Positions 1 through 8,949 of a stretch of 64,000 nt of DNA are shown piece by piece. The first letter of the stretch is position 1; each line of letters begins with the position of its first letter. The position numbers and the translations under genes were made by a program. The DNA comes from an uncultured Ignavibacteriaceae bacterium (lineage in GTDB: Bacteria; Bacteroidota; Ignavibacteria; Ignavibacteriales; Ignavibacteriaceae). The stretch covers positions 51,070-115,069 of the forward strand of contig CAZTJF010000004.1 of the NCBI GenBank assembly GCA_964613805.1. Direction: 5' to 3'. The notes beneath the pieces are model-generated. The model was not told the origin of the DNA and did no database searches. It saw only the letters and a program-made list of their open reading frames with translations.

Positions 1-1026
1 AGCGGCTTTGATTTTGATCTTAAGATTAAGAAAGGTGCCGGAGCTTTCGTTTGCGGTGAAGAAACTGCACTCATTGGTTCAATCGAAGGAAGAAGAGGAA
101 TGCCCAAACCTCGTCCACCTTTCCCAAGCATTTCGGGTTTATTCGGAAAACCAACAGTGATAAATAATGTTGAAACATTTGCAAACATAACAGCAATCAT
201 TAATCGTGGTGCAGAATGGTTTTCATCAATTGGAACTGAAAAAAGTAAAGGCACAAAAGTTTTTGCTCTCAGTGGAAAAATCAGCAACACCGGATTGGTT
301 GAAGTTCCAATGGGAATGACTTTGGAAGATGTAGTATTTGATGTTGGCGGTGGAATTCCAAACCACAAGCATTTCAAAGCTGTTCAAATTGGCGGACCAT
401 CAGGAGGATGTTTACCTGAAAGTGTTATCAAGACACCTGTTGATTATGAATCACTTAAAGAAGTTGGTGCGATGATGGGTTCAGGCGGCTTCGTTGTGAT
501 GGATGAAGATACTTGTATGGTTGATATTGCTAAATTCTTCCTGACATTTATTCAAAATGAATCGTGCGGTAAATGTGTCCCCTGCAGAGAAGGTACAAAA
601 AGAATGCTTGAGATAATTGAGCGAATCCCTCATAGTTATAAAAACACCCCAAATAAATTAGATCAGCTTCAAAGATTCAAAGGAATTGTACACTTGCAGA
701 GATTAGCAAGTGTCATTCAAGATACTTCTCTTTGCGGTTTGGGGCAATCAGCACCAAATCCTGTTTTATCTGGTTTAAAATATTTTAGAGATGAATATGA
801 GCAGCATTTATATGAAAGAAAATGCTCGGTTGCTGTTTGCAAAGAGTTATTAACATTTACAATAGATAATAACATTTGTACTGGATGCGGAGTGTGCGTG
901 AGGAAATGTTCAGTTGATGCAATTGCAGGCGAAAAAGGTCATGCTCATTACATTCTTGATGATAAATGTATTAGATGCGGAATGTGTTTTGAATCCTGCA
1001 GATTCGAAGCTATCGAGGTTAACTAA
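1..1026 (+). CDS. hydB: [FeFe]-hydrogenase NAD(P)H-binding flavoprotein subunit (HydB/NuoF-like), 5' end outside window
   Basis: Frame 1 is open from base 1 ([30 protein letters not shown]...), so the start lies upstream. It has NuoF-type motifs ([36 protein letters not shown]). The C-terminus carries a 2x[4Fe-4S] ferredoxin domain ([22 protein letters not shown]). Confidence 0.88.
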   Translation, partial: SGFDFDLKIKKGAGAFVCGEETALIGSIEGRRGMPKPRPPFPSISGLFGKPTVINNVETFANITAIINRGAEWFSSIGTEKSKGTKVFALSGKISNTGLVEVPMGMTLEDVVFDVGGGIPNHKHFKAVQIGGPSGGCLPESVIKTPVDYESLKEVGAMMGSGGFVVMDEDTCMVDIAKFFLTFIQNESCGKCVPCREGTKRMLEIIERIPHSYKNTPNKLDQLQRFKGIVHLQRLASVIQDTSLCGLGQSAPNPVLSGLKYFRDEYEQHLYERKCSVAVCKELLTFTIDNNICTGCGVCVRKCSVDAIAGEKGHAHYILDDKCIRCGMCFESCRFEAIEVN

Positions 1027-1046
1027 AAAATTGCAATGGAGAAAAA

Positions 1047-2774
1047 ATGGTTCAGCTAACAATAAATAATATAAAAGTAAATGCAGAAGAAGGAATGACA
1101 ATTCTTGATGCTGCTAAGTCAGTCGGCATTCAGATTCCAACTTTATGTCACTTAAAAAATTTAGCGCCAACCGGTGCTTGCAGAATTTGTTCAGTGGAAG
1201 TTGAAGGACAGAAAGGATTAACGCCTTCGTGTGCCTATCCGATTTATGAAGGGATGAATGTTGAAACCAACTCACCGAGAGTTAGAAGAGCAAGAAAAAC
1301 AATCGTTGAGCTTCTGGTTGAGAATCACCCTCAAGATTGTTTGATTTGTGTTCGCAATAAAAATTGTGAACTTCAGGATTTAGCAGAGCAATATGGATTG
1401 AGAGAGCACAGATTTGCTGGTGAAAGCAAATGTCATGCGATAGATGTTTCGAGTGCATCTATGGAACGCGATCCTGCAAAGTGTATCCTTTGCGGAAGAT
1501 GTGTTCGCGTTTGTTTTGAAGTTCAGAACATTGGTGCAATTGATTTTACGAATCGTGGTTTCACAAGCATTGTTACAACTCCTTACAACAAAGGATTAAA
1601 CATCAGCGATTGTATTCTTTGCGGGCAATGTATTCTTGTTTGTCCGACAGCAGCTCTTAGAGAAAAAAGCACTTTGAAAGAAGTTTCAAATGCACTTACA
1701 AATAAAAATAAGTTTACCATTGTGCAAATTGCTCCCGCAGTGCGTGCAAGTCTTGGTGAAGAATATAACATGCCTCTTGGCACGGATGTAACCGGACAGT
1801 TAGTAACCGGATTGCGACGACTCGGATTTAAAAAAGTATTTGATACTAATTTTGCAGCCGATCTTACAATTATGGAGGAGGCATCAGAATTAATTAATCG
1901 AGTACAAAGCGGTGGAACACTTCCAATGTTTACAAGCTGCTGCCCTGGCTGGGTTAAGTATGCCGAGCAGAACAGTCCTGAAATTCTCGATCATATTTCC
2001 ACGTGCAAATCTCCGCATGAAATGGAAGGAGCAGTTCTAAAAACTTACTACGCTAAGAAAATGGGAATTGATCCCAAAGACATTTTTGTTGTTTCAATTA
2101 TGCCATGCACTGTCAAAAAATATGAATCAAACCGTGCAGAACTTAAAGAAGATGCTTTGCCTGATGTAGACGCAGTGCTCACAACTCGTGAACTTGTAAG
2201 ATTTTTCAAACTTGCCGGAATTGACTTTGAAGATTTACCACAAGATCAGTTTGATAATCCCCTTGGAGAATCAACCGGTGCAGCAGCTATTTTTGGAACA
2301 AGCGGCGGCGTGATGGAAGCCGCATTAAGAACAGCTTACTTTAAGTTGAGTGGAAAAGAATTGGATAATCTTGAATTTGAAAGTGTTCGCGGAAGCGGCG
2401 GTGTTAAGGAAGCCACTATTAATGTTAACGGTTTGGAATTGAACATAGCAGTCGTAAATGGAATTGGAAATGTAAAACCAGTGATTGATGAAATAAAAGC
2501 TGGAAAATCAAAATATCATTTTATAGAAGTGATGGCTTGTCCCGGCGGCTGTATAAACGGAGGAGGGCAGCCCATTCATCAAAAACCGGAAAGAGTGAGA
2601 AAGCGAATAAAAACTTTATACCAAATTGATGCTGAAATGCAAAAGCGTAGATCACATGAAAACGAATCTGTAAAAATTTTGTATAAAGAATTTTTAGGAG
2701 AACCTAACAGCCATAAGGCACATGAAGTTCTTCACACAGAGTATTTTAACCGAAAAGAATTATTAAATAATTGA
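1047..2774 (+). CDS. hydA: [FeFe]-hydrogenase catalytic subunit, M3-type (HydA1)
   Basis: N-terminal 2Fe-2S region (CHLKNLAPTGACRICSVEV), then HPQDCLICVRNKNC and two 4Fe-4S motifs (CILCGRCVRVC, CILCGQCILVCP). H-cluster motifs are canonical: L1 FTSCCPGWV, L2 MPCTVKKYE, L3 EVMACPGGCINGGGQP. A GGAG lies just upstream of the ATG. Confidence 0.93.
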   Translation: MVQLTINNIKVNAEEGMTILDAAKSVGIQIPTLCHLKNLAPTGACRICSVEVEGQKGLTPSCAYPIYEGMNVETNSPRVRRARKTIVELLVENHPQDCLICVRNKNCELQDLAEQYGLREHRFAGESKCHAIDVSSASMERDPAKCILCGRCVRVCFEVQNIGAIDFTNRGFTSIVTTPYNKGLNISDCILCGQCILVCPTAALREKSTLKEVSNALTNKNKFTIVQIAPAVRASLGEEYNMPLGTDVTGQLVTGLRRLGFKKVFDTNFAADLTIMEEASELINRVQSGGTLPMFTSCCPGWVKYAEQNSPEILDHISTCKSPHEMEGAVLKTYYAKKMGIDPKDIFVVSIMPCTVKKYESNRAELKEDALPDVDAVLTTRELVRFFKLAGIDFEDLPQDQFDNPLGESTGAAAIFGTSGGVMEAALRTAYFKLSGKELDNLEFESVRGSGGVKEATINVNGLELNIAVVNGIGNVKPVIDEIKAGKSKYHFIEVMACPGGCINGGGQPIHQKPERVRKRIKTLYQIDAEMQKRRSHENESVKILYKEFLGEPNSHKAHEVLHTEYFNRKELLNN

Positions 2775-2824
2775 CATTTAAAAGCAGCCCACGATTTCAA
2801 TCGCGGGTTATTTATAATAAAAAT

Positions 2825-4819
2825 ATGAACAACGGAATCGTAAGCACAATACTCGATAGATGTAAAAGATGCTATTCATGCATAAGGGAATGTCCTGCTC
2901 AAGCCATCAAAGTAATTAATGGGCAAGCGCGGGTTATTTCCGAAAGATGTATTGCCTGCGGACATTGTGTTAAGGTCTGTTCGCAAGATGCAAAGATGAT
3001 TGAAAGCGATATTGATTTAGTTACAATGGAAATTCTTCCAACCAAAAAAGCCGTTGCTATTGTTGCTCCATCATTTGCAGCATCATTTCCTGATACGTAT
3101 AGCAAGGTTCCGAGTGCTTTGCGAAAGATTGGGTTTACTAAAGTTGTTGAAACTGCTTTTGGAGCAGATTTAATCAGCAGCTATTATGAAGATGAAATTA
3201 CAAGTGAAAACAAAAAGACAATCATCAGTTCATCTTGTCCTGCAGTTATAAACTACATTGAAAAGTATCACATAGAGTTGGTTCCCAATCTTGCTAAAAT
3301 TGTTTCACCAATGATTGCAGTTGGAAGATATCTTAAAGAAAATTTAGGAAACGATACGCCAATTGTTTTTATCGGACCATGTGTGGCGAAAAAAAGCGAA
3401 TATAGGAGTGAAGAGGTTGACGGAGTAATTGAGGCAGTATTAACTTTCACTGAGTTGAAAGAAATACTTCATAAGTACAGTATAAATTTTGATAAGCTCG
3501 AAGAAAGTGATTTTGATCCGCCTCATGCTTACTTAGGAAAATCTTTTCCGCTTGCAGGCGGTTTGCTTAAAACTGCAAATGTGTCCGGTGATATTCTTGA
3601 AAAAGAAATCATTGTTGTTGAGGGCAAGAAAAAAGTTCTCGAAATAATTGAGGAAATTGCTGATAATAAAATCAATGCAAAGTTTGTTGATATACTTTTT
3701 TGCGAGGGCTGTATAAGCGGTCCGGCAATTGATTCGGATTTGAATTACTACTCACGAAGAGAAAAAGTAATTAACTACATTGATAAGAAAATTCATAACA
3801 CCGATAAGCAGCTTTGGAAAAGTAATATTTATAACAGCAGGCAAATTGATTTCTCGCGTGAGTTTAAAGAAAAAAATCAGAGAAGACCTTATCCAAGTGA
3901 AGAAAAAATTAAGGAGATTTTAGCCGAAACTGAAAAATACAGCACGAAAGATGAACTTAACTGCGGTGCTTGCGGTTACGAAACTTGCAGAGAATATGCA
4001 GTTGCAATCGCAAAAGATTTGGCTGAGAAAGAAATGTGTCTGCCTTATCTTATTGATAAACTCGGCAAAGCGTACAATGAATTGAATGAAACTCAAGAGC
4101 AATTGCGAATAGCTGAAAAACTTGCATCGGTCGGACAGCTTGCAGCCGGTGTTGCCCATGAAATAAATAATCCTTTAGGTTCAATTCTCATCTATTCTTC
4201 TATGCTAAAAAATACTATTGAAAAAGCCACTGCTGATGAACAAAGTAAAGAAGACTTGGAACTAATTATTGATGAAGCAAAAAGATGTAAGAACATTGTT
4301 TCAAACCTTCTTAATTTTGCAAGGCAGGGAAAATTAAATTTAAGCAATGTTAATTTTTCGAAACTATTAAATTCAGTGATTAAGCTGGTTAGAAATAATC
4401 CCGACTTTGCTGGTGTAAATATCAAAGTGGAAACTGACGGCAAAGGTAAAGAGATAGAAGCTGACGAGGACCAGCTTAAGCAAGTGATGTTAAATTTACT
4501 TAACAATGCCTGTGAAGCAATGTCTGATGTTAATGAGAAAATAGTTACAATTAAACTTTATGGCGAAACAGAAAATATTGTTGCAGAGGTAAGCGATTAC
4601 GGCTCTGGTATTCCTCAGGAAAATTATGGAAAGATATTTACACCATTCTTTACTACAAAAAAAATTGGAAAGGGAACAGGGTTAGGTTTAGCAATTTCTT
4701 ATGGAATAATTAAAATGCATCGAGGAGATATTACATTCACGAGCGAGGTTGGTAAAGGCACGACTTTTAAGTTGAGACTGCCTAAAAAACTACAGATTCA
4801 AAAATTTAGTCTGAATTAG
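2825..4819 (+). CDS. Sensory [FeFe]-hydrogenase-like domain (HydS type) fused to a histidine kinase
   Basis: Two 4Fe-4S motifs (CKRCYSCIRECP, CIACGHCVKVC). The H-cluster motifs are degenerate (SSSCPAV, GPCVAKKSE, ILFCEGCISGP). An exact Cx2Cx4Cx16C motif follows (CGACGYETCREYAVAIAKDLAEKEMC). Then come HisKA (AAGVAHEINNPLGSI) and HATPase_c (NLLNNACEAM ... GKGTGLGLAISYGII). The ORF track starts at TTG 2771; I prefer ATG 2825. Confidence 0.85.
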   Translation: MNNGIVSTILDRCKRCYSCIRECPAQAIKVINGQARVISERCIACGHCVKVCSQDAKMIESDIDLVTMEILPTKKAVAIVAPSFAASFPDTYSKVPSALRKIGFTKVVETAFGADLISSYYEDEITSENKKTIISSSCPAVINYIEKYHIELVPNLAKIVSPMIAVGRYLKENLGNDTPIVFIGPCVAKKSEYRSEEVDGVIEAVLTFTELKEILHKYSINFDKLEESDFDPPHAYLGKSFPLAGGLLKTANVSGDILEKEIIVVEGKKKVLEIIEEIADNKINAKFVDILFCEGCISGPAIDSDLNYYSRREKVINYIDKKIHNTDKQLWKSNIYNSRQIDFSREFKEKNQRRPYPSEEKIKEILAETEKYSTKDELNCGACGYETCREYAVAIAKDLAEKEMCLPYLIDKLGKAYNELNETQEQLRIAEKLASVGQLAAGVAHEINNPLGSILIYSSMLKNTIEKATADEQSKEDLELIIDEAKRCKNIVSNLLNFARQGKLNLSNVNFSKLLNSVIKLVRNNPDFAGVNIKVETDGKGKEIEADEDQLKQVMLNLLNNACEAMSDVNEKIVTIKLYGETENIVAEVSDYGSGIPQENYGKIFTPFFTTKKIGKGTGLGLAISYGIIKMHRGDITFTSEVGKGTTFKLRLPKKLQIQKFSLN

Positions 4820-4831
4820 AGGTTAATTTGT

Positions 4832-5245
4832 ATGTCAGAAAAAGAGAAGAAAAGAATTTTATTGGTTGATGATGATTTAGATTTACTTGAACAGCATAAA
4901 GTATTGTTCGAATCGCGCGGTTACAATGTTGTTACGGCAGATAACAGCAAAAAGGGCTGGGATTTATTTAAAGTAGAAAAACCTTATGCAGCAGTGATTG
5001 ATTTGATAATGGAAGAGCACGATGCGGGTTTTATCCTCAGTTATAAAATTAAAAAGGACAGCTATGGAAAAACTATTCCAGTTTTCGTTCTTACCTCGGC
5101 AACTTATGTAACTGGATTCAAGTTCAGTGCTTCCACTGCTGAAGAAAAAGAGTGGATAAAATGTGATGAGATAATTAATAAGCCGGTTGTGATTGATGAT
5201 CTTGTTCAAAAAATAGAAGGTTACTACGCTGCAAAGATGGCATAG
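4832..5245 (+). CDS. Stand-alone response-regulator receiver protein (CheY-like, no output domain)
   Basis: Receiver signature is present: ILLVDDD, the phospho-acceptor Asp in AAVIDLIM, LTS and INKP. At 137 aa there is no room for an output domain. Confidence 0.85.
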   Translation: MSEKEKKRILLVDDDLDLLEQHKVLFESRGYNVVTADNSKKGWDLFKVEKPYAAVIDLIMEEHDAGFILSYKIKKDSYGKTIPVFVLTSATYVTGFKFSASTAEEKEWIKCDEIINKPVVIDDLVQKIEGYYAAKMA

Positions 5246-5261
5246 CGAATATTTTTTAGTG

Positions 5262-5325
5262 TCACTCTGAGCGTGTCGAAGAGTGAGATTCTCATAGAGT
5301 CAGATTTCGACTTGCTCAATCTGAC
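5262..5325. repeat. Pair of intergenic stem-loops (REP-like hairpin element)
   Basis: Hairpin 1: tcactct (5262-5268) pairs with agagtga (5280-5286). Hairpin 2: gtcagat (5299-5305) pairs with atctgac (5319-5325). No trailing T-run follows. The element sits in the 99-nt gap between the receiver gene and the hybrid kinase gene. Confidence 0.5.
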
Positions 5326-5344
5326 AAAGTTATTGAATTGATTA

Positions 5345-6826
5345 ATGGATAACTACCCAAAACCAAAAGTGTTAATTGTGGATGACGAAAAAGGACTTCG
5401 TATGGGAACAAAGCGCCTTCTTGAAATGGAAGGATACGAAGTAGATGCTGCTCAAAACGGCACAGAAGGTATTGCTTTTGGAACCTCCTCTGATTATGAT
5501 CTTGCAGTTATTGATCTCAAAATGCCTGATTTTGACGGTATGCAAGTACTTAGGCAAATTCGTGATGTTCATCCGAACACTGTCTGTTTCATTGCAACTG
5601 CATATCCGGGATTTGATACGGCAACCGAATCTGCAAAGCTTGGTGCGTTCAACTACATTCCCAAACCATTTACACCCGAAGAACTACTAACGAATTTAAA
5701 ACAAGGTTACGATAGAAGACTTCTGCTGCTTGAAGCTGAAAAGTGGAAAAGAGAAAGAGAAGAAAGTCTTCTTGAGGTTGCGTTTGAGAAGACACGTTTA
5801 AACACAATAATAAATTCGATTACGGAAGGAATACTTGTAATTAATAAGCATGGACAAGCAGTGCTTTACAATCCAAGTGCACTTATCTACCTTCAGCTTT
5901 CTAATATTGTTATCGAAGAGTACATAATTGACAAGCTCAATCCCACAATTGCTGACCTAGTGAATAAATTTCTTTCAAAAAATATTTATGAGAAAAAATC
6001 TTACTCGGCGCAGATAGAAGTAAAACCGGAAGGCGAATTGTTTATTGAAGCTACCTCATCGCCAGTTCCACATCCGGACGGAAGTCTTGCCGGAGTTGTT
6101 GTGGTAATGAAGAATATTACTGAATCAAAAAAGCTTGAGCATCTCAAATCACAATTTGTGTCAATGGTTTCGCATGAGCTAAAAGCTCCTATAGCAGCTG
6201 TGTATGGTTACCTAAAATTATTTTCTGATCCGTCAATCGAACTGTCACAAGAGCAAAAAATTAATCACATAAATCGCTCTATAATTAGGTTGGATGGATT
6301 GCTGAAAATGGTTAATGATCTTCTTGATATTTCCCGAATGGAGATGAAAGCAGTTCACCGTGAAATCAAGGACTTGAATATTCCTGAAATTATTAATTCA
6401 ATATTTGATTTGTTCCAGAATGAAATAAAGAAAAAGAATTTGATTTTGAGTTTTCGAACAGCCGATAACCTTAAAGCAATTAAAGCTGATAATGATGAGA
6501 TTACAAGATTATTCACAAACCTTATCAGTAATGCCATCAAATACAATAAAGAGAGTGGCAACATTAGTATCAGTGTTCAGTCTGTTGATAAGTATATCTT
6601 AACGACCATAAGTGATACGGGAATTGGAATGAAACCAGAAGAAAAACGAAAGTTGTTCCAGGAATTTTTCAGAGCAAAGAATGAACAGACAAAAAATATA
6701 AGCGGAACAGGTTTGGGCTTATCAATTGTAAAAAGAATTGTAGATTCATATGCGGGCAAGATTGAAGTTGACTCAGAGTTCGAAAAAGGAACAACATTTA
6801 AAATTTATTTACCATTTGAAAATTAG
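5345..6826 (+). CDS. Hybrid sensor: N-terminal receiver + PAS + HisKA/HATPase histidine kinase
   Basis: REC domain (VLIVDDE, LAVIDLKMPDFDG, IPKPF), a PAS-like segment (LNTIINSITEGILVINKHG), the H-box (FVSMVSHELKAPI) and the ATPase domain (NLISNAIKYN ... GTGLGLSIVKRIV). Confidence 0.88.
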   Translation: MDNYPKPKVLIVDDEKGLRMGTKRLLEMEGYEVDAAQNGTEGIAFGTSSDYDLAVIDLKMPDFDGMQVLRQIRDVHPNTVCFIATAYPGFDTATESAKLGAFNYIPKPFTPEELLTNLKQGYDRRLLLLEAEKWKREREESLLEVAFEKTRLNTIINSITEGILVINKHGQAVLYNPSALIYLQLSNIVIEEYIIDKLNPTIADLVNKFLSKNIYEKKSYSAQIEVKPEGELFIEATSSPVPHPDGSLAGVVVVMKNITESKKLEHLKSQFVSMVSHELKAPIAAVYGYLKLFSDPSIELSQEQKINHINRSIIRLDGLLKMVNDLLDISRMEMKAVHREIKDLNIPEIINSIFDLFQNEIKKKNLILSFRTADNLKAIKADNDEITRLFTNLISNAIKYNKESGNISISVQSVDKYILTTISDTGIGMKPEEKRKLFQEFFRAKNEQTKNISGTGLGLSIVKRIVDSYAGKIEVDSEFEKGTTFKIYLPFEN

Positions 6827-6871
6827 GAAATTAACTCACTAAAAATTCACTAATCAAATAAAGGGAATCTT

Positions 6872-7258
6872 ATGGCAAAAATAGCAATCATAGACGACGA
6901 TCCCGATATCCTTGATGCAAGTACGCTTGTGTTAAATGCAAAAGGATATGAGACTGTTACTGCTTCAAATCCTGACGACGGATACAAGATCGTTATAGAA
7001 AATTCTCCGGATCTCATCATACTTGATGTGATGATGAATGAACCGGATGACGGGTTTTTTCTTGCCCAAAAATTTCGAAAGGAAAAAATAAAAACTCCAA
7101 TAATTATGTACACATCAATTTCAAAAACCACAGGAATGGATTTTGGCAAAAGCGATATCGTTCCGGTTGATGAGTATGTTGAAAAACCAATCTCTCCGGA
7201 TGAACTTATTGAAAAAGTTGAAAAACTTTTAAAGAGAGATGCGAAAGGAAGTAAATAA
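6872..7258 (+). CDS. Stand-alone response-regulator receiver protein (paralog of 4832-5245)
   Basis: IAIIDDD, LIILDVMM, MYTS and VEKP motifs in 128 aa. No output domain. Confidence 0.85.
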   Translation: MAKIAIIDDDPDILDASTLVLNAKGYETVTASNPDDGYKIVIENSPDLIILDVMMNEPDDGFFLAQKFRKEKIKTPIIMYTSISKTTGMDFGKSDIVPVDEYVEKPISPDELIEKVEKLLKRDAKGSK

Positions 7259-7259
7259 T

Positions 7260-7733
7260 ATGTTAGTTGAAGAAAAAAATGCTTTGACTGAAGAGATTGA
7301 ACAGTTGATAAAAAAGTTTGGTAAAAGAAGATCTGCTTTGCTGTCAATTCTTCATGGTATTCAAGCTAAACACAGACATGTTTCGGAATATGCTCAGCAG
7401 GAGATAGCGCGCTTGCTGGATATTCATCCTGTTGAAGTTTACAGCGTCCTTTCATTTTTTACTTTTCTGAATGCAACTCGAAAAGGCAGAAACCTTGTCC
7501 GAATCTGCCAAACAATTACCTGCGATATGAAAGGAAAGGACAACATTGTTAGAGCCATTGAGCGTGAATTAGATGTAAAGATTGGTCAAACCACAAACGA
7601 TAATAAATTTACGGTTGAATATGTTAATTGCCTCGGTCTGTGTGATGAAGGTCCAGCTATGGCAATAAATGATCAAGTTTTTACAAAGCTCACACCTGAG
7701 AAAGCTGTTAAATTATTAAGTAAGGTGAAGTGA
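7260..7733 (+). CDS. hydC: [FeFe]-hydrogenase 2Fe-2S thioredoxin-like subunit (HydC/NuoE-like)
   Basis: NuoE pattern: SALLSILHGIQ ... CQTITCDMKG ... CLGLCDEGPAMAIND. I chose ATG 7260, one base after the preceding stop codon. The ORF track starts at 7239. Confidence 0.85.
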   Translation: MLVEEKNALTEEIEQLIKKFGKRRSALLSILHGIQAKHRHVSEYAQQEIARLLDIHPVEVYSVLSFFTFLNATRKGRNLVRICQTITCDMKGKDNIVRAIERELDVKIGQTTNDNKFTVEYVNCLGLCDEGPAMAINDQVFTKLTPEKAVKLLSKVK

Positions 7734-7740
7734 GGTAAAT

Positions 7741-8949
7741 ATGGAAACAAAAATAAAGAAAAGAACAGGTCCGATTATATTTTCAGAGTACGAAAGAGGA
7801 TCGGCTATTAAAAAAGCTCTCGATATGAATCGAGAAGATATTCTGCTCGAAATTAGAGAATCAAAACTTAAAGGAAGAGGCGGTGCTGGTTTTCCAACTT
7901 CAACTAAATGGATGTTAACTGCAGCTTCTTTGAGTGATGAAAAATTTATTATTTGCAATGCTGATGAAGGCGAACCAGGAACGTTCAAAGATAGAGTCCT
8001 TCTAATTGAATATCCTGAACTCGTGTTAGATGGAATGGTCATTGCCGCATATACTATTGGCGCGCAGCAAGGAATAGTTTACTTGAGAGGTGAGTACGAA
8101 TATCTGCTTAAACCGCTTCAAGATTACCTCGAAGGAATGCGTAAAGACAATTTGCTTGGTAAAAACATTCTTGGCAAGCAGGGATTTTCTTTTGATATAA
8201 CTGTCTTTCTTGGTTCTGGAGCATATGTCTGCGGCGAAGAAACTGCATTGATAGAATCTTTAGAAGGGCATCGCGGTGAAGCACGTAACCGACCGCCATA
8301 TCCGGTTAACACCGGTTACATGGGAAAACCCACTATCGTAAATAATGTTGAAACACTCGCTTCGGTACCTCACATTATAGTTAAAGGATCTGCATGGTAT
8401 AAAAAACTTGGAACAGGTGTTTCAACTGGTTCGAAACTGTTTTCAGTTTCAGGTGATTGTGATAAGCCAGGTGTTTATGAATTACCTTGGGGTACTAAGA
8501 TAAGTGAACTTCTCAAATTAGTTGAAGCAAAGAATACCAAAGCTGTTCAAGTCGGTGGAGCATCTGGATTTTGCTATAATAAAAATCAGTTTAACAGAGC
8601 ACTTGCTTATGAAGATGCTGCAACTGGCGGCTCAATCATGATATTTAATGAAAACCGGGACATGCTAAGAGTGCTGGACAATTTTATGGAGTTCTTTGTA
8701 GATGAATCTTGCGGACAATGTACGCCATGCCGTATCGGTAATGTGAAAATGCTTGAAGGAGTGAAGATGATTCAAAGAGGCGACTATACTTTTGCCTATA
8801 TCAATAAACTGAAAGAATTAGGTAAATCAATGCAAGTAGCATCAAAGTGCGGATTGGGGCAATCAAGTCCAAACGCTTTCTTATCAATCTTAGAAAACTT
8901 TAATGAAGAGATATTTAACCGAGAAAATGGAGTTGACAATGAAAACTAA
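7741..8949 (+). CDS. hydB: [FeFe]-hydrogenase flavoprotein subunit, NuoF core only (HydB2)
   Basis: [53 protein letters not shown] and CGLGQSSPN motifs. It lacks the C-terminal 2x[4Fe-4S] domain present in the paralog at 1-1026. Confidence 0.9.
   Translation: METKIKKRTGPIIFSEYERGSAIKKALDMNREDILLEIRESKLKGRGGAGFPTSTKWMLTAASLSDEKFIICNADEGEPGTFKDRVLLIEYPELVLDGMVIAAYTIGAQQGIVYLRGEYEYLLKPLQDYLEGMRKDNLLGKNILGKQGFSFDITVFLGSGAYVCGEETALIESLEGHRGEARNRPPYPVNTGYMGKPTIVNNVETLASVPHIIVKGSAWYKKLGTGVSTGSKLFSVSGDCDKPGVYELPWGTKISELLKLVEAKNTKAVQVGGASGFCYNKNQFNRALAYEDAATGGSIMIFNENRDMLRVLDNFMEFFVDESCGQCTPCRIGNVKMLEGVKMIQRGDYTFAYINKLKELGKSMQVASKCGLGQSSPNAFLSILENFNEEIFNRENGVDNEN

Noticed and set aside
2771-2824. N-terminal extensions in the ORF track (starts at 2771, 7239, 8903, 31213, 33490, 43543, 49397, 56004, 57237, 61725)
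   Set aside because: Each extension begins at a TTG or an ATG inside the preceding gene or a spacer. Each adds residues with no homology-like pattern. An internal ATG then gives a typical N-terminus (signal peptide, lipobox or conserved family start). I preferred the internal starts but cannot prove them.
6850-7347. 165-aa ORF on the minus strand
   Set aside because: It lies entirely antisense to the receiver gene (6872-7258) and the hydC start. The sequence is low-complexity and Ser/Phe/Ile-rich with no motif. This is the typical shadow ORF of an AT-rich coding region whose sense strand has clear receiver-domain motifs.
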